Positions 9,997 to 21,729 of a stretch of DNA of 64,000 nt are shown here, in pieces (within the stretch, counting starts at the first letter, position 1; every line of letters starts with the position of its first letter). The translations under genes and the position numbers were made by a program. Under the pieces are notes generated by a model. It did not search any database. It was not told the origin of the DNA and was given only the letters and a program-made list of their open reading frames with translations. Source of the DNA: Azolla caroliniana (taxonomy: Eukaryota; Plantae; Polypodiophyta); NCBI GenBank assembly GCA_043228905.1, contig JBHGNT010000016.1:14880001-14944000 (forward strand), read 5' to 3'.

Positions 9997-10063
<67 letters not shown>

Positions 10064-10118
10064 CACACACAGTGCATATCTATTCCGCTGCACAGAATCC
10101 ATCTCATGATTCTTTACA

Positions 10119-10130
10119 TGGTATCAAAGC
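10119..10130 (+). promoter_or_regulatory. Primer-binding site (initiator tRNA-Met type) of Copia C
   Basis: TGGTATCAAAGC directly after the LTR end ..TTACA. Confidence 0.85.
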
Positions 10131-10277
10131 GACTTGGTAGCTCAATCTAGCCCATCCGCGTGCGTTGTGTCCTACACCGACGACCAAGAACTGGCTCATC
10201 GCTATCGTAGCTTCGCTACATAGCTCACATTCGAAGAGAGAAGAAGATGATGATGAATCGACATAATAAATACTCAA

Positions 10278-13200
10278 ATGGGGAGCGCTCTCCCTACCGA
10301 GAAGTTGGATCGAAACAACTTCGCATCTTGGGAGTACAAGATGTACCAATACCTTGTCGGACAAGGCTATTGGAGCTACATCAAAGGAGTGCACGAAGAC
10401 CGACCCGTCGAAACGGCTCCCGGATATGCGACATGGGAGCAAGCCGCAAGCTGCGTGATGTACTGCTTGGCGACATGTGTTCACGATCACATGCTCGGGT
10501 ACATTCGCGAAGCCAAGACGCCGAAGGAGGCATGGGAAAATCTACGAAAGATTTTCGCGGCGAACACAACCGCAAGAAGGCTTCAACTCCGCCAAGAGTT
10601 GAACAACATTCAATAAAGGGACATGTCCATCACGACATACACCTTGAAGATCAAGGAGCTTTGCGACTCGCTCGGCTCGATAAGCGTAAGTATCGATGAT
10701 GATGAGATGGTGCAAATATGCCTCAACGGCCTCGCACTACGGTTCGGTACAATGCGAACCGTCGTTCTAATAAGGGAGAAATCCTCCTCCTTCGAGCTCC
10801 AATCAATGTTATTGGTCGAAGAAAACCATGTGCGTACAAGGAGCAATGAGTCGGAAGGCCACATGCTCTACACGCACTTGAACAGAGGAAGAGGACGCGG
10901 ACGAGCAAGAGGCCGATTCGGCCAAGGACAAGGCGGACGAGGTCCGACCTACGACAACAACTCCCAATTTCGGCCACAAAACGGAAGCCAACGAGGAACC
11001 TTCGCAAGAAGGGGGAGCTTCCACTCCGGCCCGAGCCGTCAAAACGCAACCGAATGTGGATATTGTGGAAAGCTCGGCCACTACGAAGAAGAGTGCCGAA
11101 AGAAGATGCGTGAATCGGCCTCCACAAGCCGACAATTCACAAATTATGCGCACAATTCCGACTACGAAGAGTATAGCGGAATGTACGGGCACAACTTCGA
11201 CTACGAAGATCGTGGAGGAATGTATGCACACAACTCCGACCATGGCGGAATGTTCATGATGAAACATAGAGCAAACTCTATGTCGGCCTCTACCTCGACT
11301 AGTGCCCTCAATCCGGAGGACGTATGGTTTGTTGACTCCGGAACCTCAAACCATATGACATCTCATAAAGAATGGTTTCTCGAACTTCGAGAGCCGGAGC
11401 GACCCGGTTATGTCGAAATTGGAGATGACACTACACACTCGATTCGGCACATCGGCAATGTTTCGTTCGGCGAAAGAGGTAAGAAAACATACATTAAAAA
11501 TGTCTTGCATGTTCCCACCATCATGAAGAATTTGGTCTCGGTAGGCCAAATGGTTGAGCAAGGGATGCAACTACGATTCGACCAAGAAGGGTGCTTCATT
11601 GAAAAAGAGGGTTGAATCATCGCGCGCGGAAGAAGAGAGGGCCGGATGTTCATTCTCGATTCACATGAGATGAAATCCGCCATGTTCGCAAAAAGTACGA
11701 AAGCCGACTCCGACATAGAGCTATGGCACAAGCGAATCGGCCACATGAATCTCAACAAACTCAAAGCAATGAAATCGAAAGGTGTCGTCATCAGACTTCC
11801 GACATTCAAAGAAAAGGAGATTGAAGGTGTATGCGAAGTGTGCCAATTCGGCAAGCAACACCGACACCCATTCCCGAAAGAGTGGAACGTGAGGAAAGGT
11901 CTACTCGATGTAGTCCATTCCGACGTATGGGGACCGGCGCAGACGGCTACATTCGGCGGATGCCAATATTACGTGCTCTTCATCGATGACTTCTCCAAGC
12001 ACACGTGGCTCTATCCGATGCGACAAAAAAGCGAACTGTTCGGACACTTCCAAAGGTTTAAAAACGAAGTCGAAAAAGCCAATGGTCGTCATGTACGATG
12101 CCTTCGATTGGATGGCGGCAAGGAGTACTTCTTCGACGATTTCACGGCGTATCTCCAAAAGGAAGGAATTCGGCAAGAATTCACTTGCTGACACACTCCA
12201 CAACAAAACGGAGTAGCTGAGCGCAAAAATCGGCACATCCTCAAAGTAGCGCGGGCCATGATGAACAAGAAGCATATGCCCAAGTCATATTGGGTCGAAG
12301 CTACAAATACGGCCGCCTACCTAATGAACCGGTGCACAACGTCCGGAGTGCACGAGATCACTCCGCACAAAAAATACTTTGGTAAGAAGCCGGACTTATC
12401 GCACACCCGGATATTCAACGTGATAGCATACGTGCACATACTCGACAAAAAGCGACAAAAGCTAGATCCAAAGTCGGAGAAATGTATCCTCGTAGGATAC
12501 TCACTCGAACAAAAGGGGTACAAATGCTACAACCCATCTACCTGAAAAGTTCGAGTAAGTCGAGACGTCGTGTTCGACGAATCCGCATCCTGGTACGCAC
12601 TAGAGAAGATTCCGACTTCGACCTCGATCGACGCAGAACCGGCTGAACAAGAGCGAGAAGGTGGAGATCGCCTCGAAGACATGTTCGAAGATAACCCGAT
12701 TACCACAAGGCTAAGTGGGCCACAAGAGCCCCCGAGTGATCAAAGCACATCACGGCCTAGCCCGAAGATGGACAAAGGCAAGGCGAAAATGTTGGAATAC
12801 GAAGACGATCACTTCGATGACGATGAGTCGACTCACTCACTTAACAGTGAGTTCGGCGGCTTCGATGTACCAATCGGAGCTAAGAAAGCCCTCATCTCTG
12901 CAAATGAAAAGCTTTGTCGATCCACCCGTGAAAAGAATCCGGTCAGCCGATTCGGCTACAACGACTACATGGCATATCACTATGCCTTTATGATGAAGGT
13001 GGCGACAGTACGCGAGCCGGAAACATTTTCCGAAGCAGCCAAGGATCCGTGATGGATCGAAGCCATGAACGAGGAGATGCAGGCACTACGCAAGAACGAG
13101 ACATGGGATCTCGTTCCCACCTCACCACACAAAAAGGTGATCGGATGCAGATGGATTTACAAAGTGAAGTACAACGTTGACGGTTTCGTCAACCGCTACA

Positions 13201-14570
13201 AAGCGCGACTCGTAGTAAAAGGCTACGCCCAAATGCACGGAATTGACTACGAGGAGACCTTTGCCCCGGTGGCAAAGATGACGATGGTACGAACCGTAAT
13301 TGCGCTTGTCGCAACGAAAAGGTGGCACCTCCATCAAATGGACGTCAAGAAAACGCTTTTCTACAAGGCGAATTAGAAGAGGACGTATACATGATACAAC
13401 CACCCGACTTCACCTCGAGCACCCATCCGAAAGTTGTATGCCGACTCAAGAAGCCACTCTACGGCCTCAAGCAAGCACCGAGTGCTTGGCATTCGAAGAT
13501 AACACAATATCTTCATCAAATCGGCTTCCGTATGTCAAAATTGGACAACTCCCTCTACATACAAAGCGATTCCGGAAGTCTGATCGTCATCATCTTATAT
13601 GTGGATGACCTAGTCATTGGAGGTGAGCATCTTGTCAAAATCAATAAGGTCAAATCCCTCCTTTCCGACAAGTTCGAGATGACGGACATGAAGGAGCTCC
13701 ACTACTTCCTTGGCATCGAGGTAATTCGGACTCCGGCCGGAATCATGATCTCTCAATGGCACTACATCCTCAACTTGTTATACAAGTTTCGTATGGCTGA
13801 GTGCAAATCCGCGGCAACCCCACTCAATCACAATCTCAAACTAGATGCGAACTCCGGCACCAAAGCGTGTGAGGTGACTCAGTATCGGCAACTCATCAGG
13901 AGTCTCATCTATCTCACGATCACTTGACCTGATCTCAATTATCCGGTCGGTCTCCTTAGTCAATTCATGCAAACACCGCGTGATACTCACTTGGATTGCG
14001 CTAAGCGAGTTCTACGATACGTGAGTGGCACAATGGATTGTGGCATCCTCTACAAGACCACAATGCCAATACGACTCTCGAGGGGTACACAGACGCCGAT
14101 TGGGATGGCTACAAAGCCGATAGAAGATCAACCTCCGGATTTGTTTTTTCCCTCGGCGGCGGAGCAATATCCTGGAGTAGCAAAAAGAAACCAACCGTCG
14201 CTCTTTCAAGCACAGAGGCGGAATACAGGAGCGTGGCAGTGGCCGCATGTGAAGCCGTATGGCTCAAAAGGATACTCAAGGATCTGGGTGTACCCATCAA
14301 GGATCTGACTTCCCTTTACTGTGACAACATGAGCAATATCTATCTGGCTCAGGATCTGGTGTTCCACACGCGGACAAAGCACATCGAACTGCACTATCAC
14401 TTCATCTGAGAGCGCGTTCTAGCTGGCGAAGTCGACCTACATCACATTAGCACAAAGCTTCAAATAGCTGACATCTTCACTAAAGCCTTAGGAGCCAACA
14501 AGCTATGGCAATTCATGACCAATCTCGGATTGACGATCCTTGACCTGCCAAGCTTGAGGGGGAGTACTGA
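10278..14570 (+). pseudogene. Copia C gag-pol pseudogene
   Basis: CGYCGKLGHYEEEC, WFVDSGTSNHM, LWHKRIGH..CEVC, HSDVWGP, KARLVVKG, LYVDDL and ALSSTEAEY, ending LRGS. Contains multiple in-frame stops and frameshifts. Confidence 0.92.
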
Positions 14571-14839
14571 ACACACTACTCAATAACGCGTGGATTCTCC
14601 AAGATCTGTCGGCGCTTTGTGACCTTTTTCGGCGTCGTCTCCTGCCGACCTCTTTTCTTTTGTGTGATGGGGAGCACCGGTGATGGCTGACAACCGGATG
14701 ACGACTGAACAGACCGGCCGGACGGGGCCGACGAAGATGAGAGAGGCTTCAGGAATGGTCATCACCAACCGACAGCAGCCAGAGCGGCCGGAGGGCCGGA
14801 CAAGGTCAGGGAAGCAAACAGGCCGCCAGGATGACGGGG

Positions 14840-15228
14840 TGTTGTCTGCCTGGCCGGACTAGCCTCAACACAGGTGTCTATCCGACACTTCTCCAAAGGG
14901 GTGGTAAGGATTGGATGATAGGTTACACGCGTAAGATGATTACAATTAAGCACAGACGGTAAACAATACGAGATATAGATAAACACACAATAATTACTAT
15001 TGTATTACTTCCCTCAAACCCTTTACAAATCATCGGATCCTTTTATAGGCATCCGGCAAGGTTACAATCGGTGTGCTTAGGCAACCGACATCCGAATCGG
15101 TCCGGATCCGGATCGGTACAACTGTACCGGATCCGTCCCTCCGAATAATAATTCTACTATTATTTACTTCCTATTATCCGATCCGACTCCGCCTTCCCAC
15201 TTGTCCTTGCTCTTCTGACCGGCCAACA
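14840..15228 (-). repeat. 3' LTR of Gypsy B
   Basis: Direct repeat of 29647-30035. Confidence 0.95.
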
Positions 15229-15278
15229 CATGGCACGCCCGTGGGAAAGTGCCTTGCACTTCGAATCCACTCCCGGCC

Positions 15279-18200
15279 TCATTCTTCCTCCAAAATATCG
15301 AGCACACTCTGCTCGATGGTGTCAAGTGGTGCTTCTTCCTCCTGTTCCTGTTCCTTGCCTGCCTGGTCTCCGACCTCCGGTTGGGTGGGCTGTTCTGTAA
15401 AAGTTTGCTGCTCCGGCTCTGCTTGATTCCGTGGTGCCGGTGCTTCCTCACTGCTTCGTCCGGGTTCTTCCTGTTCTCCCTCTGTTCCAGGCTCTGTTCT
15501 GTTACCAGTGTCGCTTTCTCCGGTCTCGACTGGTTGGCTCGGTACGCCTTCTTCCTCTGCTCTGGTGTCTTCCGGTCTCAGCTCTTCTTCTTCTCCGGCA
15601 TCGGGCTGCTCCTGCTCTTCTTCTTCTCCTTCGATCGGAAGTTCTTCTTCGGGTATTCCTTGTCGGGGTTGTTCGGTGTCGGTTGGTTCAACTTCAGCCG
15701 GTCGCTCTCCCTCACTTATCGTGATTGGCGTCGTTCTTCCCTTAGCTTCTTGTCGTAACCGGTCCTGCTCGTATCTCTCCAACTCCAACTGAGTTGCGAG
15801 CTGCCCGTCATCCAACCTCTCTACCAACCCTCGGATTTCTTTGAGGTGTTCTTCTGCTAAAGTGTAGAAATCCTCCGACAATTCTTCCCGAATGGCGACG
15901 ATACTTTCTTCATCCATCTTGTAGAACTTGTCACCGGTCTTCCTCCGATTCTCGGCATCCGCTCAGAGTGTCTGCAGCTCGGCTGCCTGTTGTGACCACT
16001 CCTTCCATAGCTTTTCCGTACTTTCGTTGATGCTTGCCTGAGCTCGGGTACTCCATCCTGACATGATGAGCTTGATCCGGTCAACCCCCGCCTTAGCATG
16101 CGCATAAGCTTCTTGCTTTTCCTTCCTTGCCCGTTTTATAATGTCGGCCATTATCTGAGCCTGGGCCTCGTAATCCGCTTTCTGCTTTTCATAGGTACTT
16201 TGCAGTTTGCTGATCATGAAGGTCGATTTTTCCTTTTCTTCATTCCTGATCTTGGTCAGATCCAGCTTTTCCCGCCTTAGCGCCTCTAATTCCTTCCTTC
16301 TCTCCGTCGCTTGGGCTATTTCCGCCGACAATGCTTCCTTGTTGGCACTAACCTCATCCATTGCCTTAGCCAGGTCTAATCGGGTCTCTTTGAGCTGTTC
16401 TTTCAGCTTCTCTATTTGCCGGTCGTAGTTTGCTGCCCGTTTCTTGTTGTCCGACTCGGCCTACTTGTGATCTCGGTAGAGATGGTCGAAGTCCTCCGTC
16501 TTCTGCTTCAGGCGTCGGTTTGCCTGAGCTCTTAACCGATCGTCCCGGTCCTTCTGTTGTCGGAGTTCTTCCTGCAGTCGTTCTATCTCCTACTCGGCAT
16601 GTCGACGTAGTCGGTCCTTCTCCTTTTGCAGCTTCTCTTTTTCTTCTTGCAGTCGGTCATTAGCGGCTCGACCTTTCCGGAGGCCTTCTTCCATTTTTCG
16701 TCTATCGTCCTCCACCGCTTTCCGCTGCTCCCTTTCTCTTTCCCTTAATGCCTCCTGAGCTTTTAACTCCTCTCGTAAGGTTTCTATTATTTTTTCGGTC
16801 TCAGGGCTGGTTTGCAAGGCTACCGGTTCCAGTTCCGGTTCTGGTTGTTTCCTTGTTGTCCCGACCGGCTCGATGACAACTTGTGCTTGTTGAATTCCTT
16901 CCCTTGCCTGCAACAGCTCCCGTTGCATTTCCTCGATCTGTGTTCGGAGCGCGACCAACTCCTGAGTTGTTGTATGCGTCAGCTGTTGCCTACACGTTTC
17001 TTCTTTCTCTAACTGGTCTGCTACTCCCGATAACTGCTCCGAAAGCCATCTCAGCCATTGTGGCTTTGTTCTTCCTGTGTCGGGGTGGCCTTGCTTACTT
17101 AACTCAGGCTGTTTTTCCGGCCTTTTCTCTGGCTCCGGCGCTTGTTCATTCTTCTTCTCTGGGATGACCGGTTCTCTGAAGTCCGGCACAACCGGTGTCG
17201 GTGCTGCTTCCCTCGGTACGGGTTCCAGTGCTGTTTCCGCCTCAGCTACTGGAGGTGGTCCTTGCGCCCTCTACTGAGTTTTGTCAACTGGTGGAGCCGG
17301 TCCTTTCGCCCGTTTCTCCCGACCTTGTCTTGCTGGGAGTCTTACCAGTGGTTCGGATGAGTCTTCTGTTTCAGCTTCCTCCTCCGGTGCGGTTACCAGA
17401 CGGACCTTTTGTATAAAGACCTCTGGTTCCGGTTCCGGCCGTCGCAGCGTTATATGGATTGGTTTGCGCGCTACCGGTTCCTCCTCGGCCGATTTCCCTT
17501 TGCCTTTACCTGCCGGTTTTGCCTTTGTTGCCGGTTCCTGTTGCTGTCGGGATGATCCTTCCCCCCGCTGTTTTGCTTCTTGCTGGGTCCATCCGGGGGT
17601 GTGTTTCTCCAAGATCTGTCGGCGCTTTGTGACCTTTTTCGGCGTCGTCTCCTGCCGACCTCTTTTCTTTTGTGTGATGGGGAGCACCGGTGGGGCTAAC
17701 ACCGTTAGCCATTGTGCTATCCCGGCCCATGGCTTTTTTCCTTCCACAAGATTTTTGATGGCCTCCTTCAATCCTTCGGTTATGAAATGGAGCCAGTCTA
17801 TTTGTAAGCCTTCGTACGCTGCTATTAAGAACGTTGCCCGGTACTTGGCTATGGCCGGGGGACGGGGATTCACGAATCCGTATTCCATCATGGCGCGGGC
17901 CACTTCTCCGAACAGCAGGTTCTCTCCGCCCTGCGTTCGGTACGCCTTGCTGCTGATAGAGTACTCACCGAAATATTCGAACATGATTTCACTTGAAGGG
18001 TTTTCGATTGTTTGAAGTCCTCCTGCTTTTATCCCCGTGAGCGCCTGCACCGCTCCTTCCGTGACTTCTGATATATCGATCGATGCTGCCGCCTGCTCTG
18101 GTTTTGCGTGTGGTGGAGCGTCGGCGATCCGCAGCAATCCTTTTAACCCGTTCTCCCTCATCCATTGGCGTGCCTCTTCTGACAGTACCATTGTTTTGAA

Positions 18201-18392
18201 TTCTTCTTCTGTTGCCTGTTGTTCGGGATCGGGCTGTGTGTGCTCTATGCGTCGGATCGCTCTTCTGTGCTTCTGCGCCTGTATGTAGGAAAATTCGTAA
18301 AAAGTGAGTCCTTCGCAGGCCTGTGTCTTATATAGTGGCTTTTGCCTCGAGCCGCCCTTTTTCGTTTCCCGCGCATGTTCCTCTCCCGCCAT
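15279..18392 (-). pseudogene. Extra ~1037-aa ORF of Gypsy B (globular N-terminus, long coiled coil, acidic tail) broken by four nonsense codons
   Basis: ORF-track pieces 17271-18440, 16590-17189, 15963-16361 and 15279-15917 are all in one frame, separated only by single stops at 17271, 16590, 16461 and 15963. ATG at 18392. Confidence 0.8.
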
Positions 18393-21256
18393 AATTAGTA
18401 TGTCCTTTCTTGTTTGCCGCGTGTGAGTGCCCACGTTCAAGCTTTAAATAGCAAGTACGCGCACGTCCTTCTTTAATGCATGGCGCCTCTTCGTTGCATG
18501 GTGGCGCTCCCACCTCTTGTGATCTCCCCATCATTACTATGATTCGCGTCGATTTTGCCCACGTCTTCTTTTTTTTTTTCTTTTTTTTCTTTTTTTTTTT
18601 CTTTTCTTTTCTTTGTTTGGACCACGTCATTTGCTGGTCCCCCCCGATTTGTTCGGGTCGGTTCGTGTGGATACCGGATCCTTCTGTCGGTTTTCCGGGA
18701 TAGTCTTTGTCAATATCGGTGTCGGTTCTTCCTCGGTCCGAATATCTTCAGCAGCGTCTGTCGGTGTCGGTTCTTCATCTTGCCGGATTTCCGGGTTTTG
18801 CTTGAACGGGTTTGCTGGCATATTTCCCTTATACGGCTTTAGCTGAAACCCATTTGCCCACTTGCCGATGACATCTCCAGACAACGTGCCGAGCAGATAC
18901 GACCCATTGTACTCCTTGGTGATCCAGAACGGTCCGGTCCATCGAAACCGCAACTTTCCCGGCATGTTCCCCATCCGTGTCTGGAATAGTAGCACCGGTT
19001 TCCCGACTTCGAACTCCTTTTCATTGCCACGCCGGTGTCGGTCCACGAAAGCTTTTCTCCTCCTTTGCTCCAGTTTGAGTTGTAGTAAGCTGGCTATTCG
19101 GTTTTCTTCTAATTCCAACAACGTCGCCAGCCGGATTCGTTCGGACTCGTTCTCACTTAAGCGCTCCTTCACCTGAATCCGTAAGCTGGGGATCTGGAAC
19201 TCTACCGGCAAGACCGCTTCTAACCCGAATGCTAGTCGGAACGGGGTTGTCCGGATGCTGGTTTTGTACGTTGTTCGGTACGCCCATAGCGCGCTTTGCA
19301 ATTTCGTATCCCAGTCGGTCCGGTTCTCGTTGACGATTTTTCGTAGGATGTTCTGCAGAGTTTTGTTCGTTGATTCCGCTAGTCCATTGGCTTGAGGGTA
19401 GTAGGGTGTACTCTTTTTATGTACCACCGCGTAAAATGACGTCAGGCTTTCTACTACCTGCCCGAGATAATGCCCTCCTTGGTCACTTATAAGCTCGATC
19501 GGGCAACCATACCGGCACCATATGCACTCGTACAGGAACTTTGCCGTGGACGCGGCCGTGTTGTCCCGTAAGGCCTTTGCTTCTACCCATTTGGTGCAAT
19601 AGTCGGTTGCCACTATGACATACCGATTTCCGGTTCGCATTGCCGGTGGCTTCAAGGGACCGACAAAGTCCAAACCCCACTTTTGAAACGGTTCCAAGGG
19701 CAAGACCGGGTGGTGTGGCATCCGTGCCTGCTCTGTGGGTTGGCCCAGTCGTTGACACAAATCGCATTCTCTGCTATACTTCACGGCATCTTTTAGGGTG
19801 GTGGGCCACCATAGTCCGCTCTGCCATATTTTTCGAGCGGTTGCGTCGTCGGCATAATGCCCACCGGCAATTCCACAGTGGGCTTCCCTGAGGATTAAAT
19901 CCTTCTCATCGCTCCGCACTGCTCGTCTCCAGATGCCATCTGCCCCCTTGTGATAGAGGGTGTCTCCAACCAAGCAGAAATGTCTACTTCTTACTGCTAC
20001 CCTTTTCCTTTCATCGCGGTCCATGTTCTCCGGGGGAACTCCGGTGCTCAGGAACTGATGCATCTCAGTTAGCCATGTGTCTTCATCGGCTACCGTTGTA
20101 TCCGTTGCCGGTTTCGTCGTGATCCGGAACAATTCGGCGTCAGGAAACTCATCCTGGACGCCCTCCCCTGCTTCTCCGGATTCGAGTATGCTTAGGTAGT
20201 CCGCTACCGCATGCTGCGCCCCGGGTCGGTGGAAAATGTCGAATTCAAATTCCTGTAGCAGCAGTGTCCACCGTGCAATTTTTCCCGTGCTCTCCGTGCC
20301 GGCTGTAGACCGCGAAATTGTCAAGGAAGACCTGCATAAAACCGGGGATATATTCCCCGAAAATTTCCATTATTATCCTTTGAAAGGTCGTTGGAGCCGT
20401 CTTTAGTCCGAACATCATCACGACCGCGACGAACACTCCCCATTCCGTCACGAACGTTGTCTTCTCTTGGTCGGCCGGGTTCATTCGTATTTGGTTGTAG
20501 CCGCTAAATCCATCCAGGAAGCTGTAAACTTCGTGGCCGGCTACCGCATCTAACACCCCGTCCGTAAATGGTAGTGGAAACGCATCGGTCATTGTTGCGG
20601 CATTTAGTTTTCGGTAATCCACGCATACTCGGATTTTGCCGTTCTTTTTCGGGACCACCACTATCTGACTCAGCCAGGTTGCCTGCTTGACCGGTCGGAT
20701 AAATCCGACCCGGAGGAGCTTATCAATTTCCTCCTTCACCTTTGCTGCATAATTCGGATTCATCCGGTACCTGCGTTGAGCGATCGGTTTCGCGTCCGTA
20801 CTTAGGTGAATTTGGTGCTGATAGAGCTGGGGGTCCAGCCCTCGCATGTCTTCGTATGACCACGCGAACACATCCTTGAAGTCTGTTAATAATACTACCA
20901 TTGCCTTCTTTTCTTCCTTCGGAAATTCCTTTGCAACATTTACCGGTCGGGGCTTGTCTACTGTGCCGAGGTCCACCTCCTCGAGTTGGGATGCTTTTAC
21001 CCTCTGGGATATCGTCATTTCCCTCTCTAGGGATTCCTGCGCTTGTCGTAGTTCCCGGATCGCCGCTTGGTCCGGTTCATCCGGCGTCGTAATGTACGGT
21101 TCTACTGCCGCCGTGATATCCACCTCAAATAGTGGGACGATCCGTGGGTGTTCCTCGAGGTACCGCTCGACTTCCTCGTCCGGTAATCCCTCCAACATGT
21201 TAATGCTTTCCGCATACAATGGAGTTGCTTCCTTCCTGGTGATCACCCGTGGTTGC

Positions 21257-21546
21257 TGTCATAACTAGACTCGAACCCATAACCTTTTGTTACACGGGTC
21301 GAGACTTTACCATTAGGTTATGAATTGTAATTTGAAGGATATTATTTTCATTTAGGTTTTATTGGGAAATTGATGTATATTCCAGATTTCTCTGGAACAT
21401 TCTAGAAACTTCAGGAGTATTCCTGAAGACACTATAAAAGGAGGCGCAAGGCATTAGTTCGAACCAAATCGGTTCAACGCCAGTCTTAAGCCTTCTAACT
21501 ACTGTTGTATATCTTCCTTCATATAATACATATATCTTTCGCATCA

Positions 21547-21596
<50 letters not shown>

Positions 21597-21729
21597 ACTC
21601 ATTCCTTCTCTCAAAGTTCGACACCTCTCATAGTACTAATCCTTCTCTGTCTTAGTACTATTCCCCAACAATAGTACTAATCCTTCTTTTAGTACTAATT
21701 CCTTCTCTGCCTTAATAGAGTTCCTGACA
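21257..21729 (+). repeat. 5' LTR of element D (TATA box TATAAAAG at 21433)
   Basis: Direct repeat of 26581-27049. Confidence 0.95.

Larger units (their letters stand above)
5743..10000 (+). mobile_element. RTEX-like non-LTR retrotransposon (LINE 1 of this window), inserted in a (CT)n microsatellite
   Basis: Two open ORFs and a short 3' UTR ending in (TATC)3. (CT)n lies on both sides (5692-5742 and 10001-10060). The C-terminal SSHALRCETGRW..RLCTLC..ESEYHTLIQC motif resembles RTEX-type ORF2 (clade call from motif recall). Confidence 0.88.
5381..14839 (+). mobile_element. Copia element C (degenerate, 3' LTR missing), inserted into element A
   Basis: The 5' LTR starts TGTTGAG at 5381 and ends TTACA at 10118, split by a LINE at ~5743-10000. 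PBS TGGTATCAAAGC at 10119-10130. Gag, CCHC, protease, integrase, RT and RNase H follow in Copia order. The right boundary is uncertain after 14594. Confidence 0.9.

Noticed and set aside
18328-18630. Poly-Lys ORF, and the poly-ER ORF at 21359-21598
   Set aside because: These are translations of an A-rich spacer and of a (GA)n microsatellite.
15073-18846. Plus-strand ORFs antisense to element B (e.g. 17281-18015, 15249-15758; also 27827-28480 and 29038-29646)
   Set aside because: These are shadow ORFs of GC-rich minus-strand coding sequence with low-complexity S/F/L/C translations.
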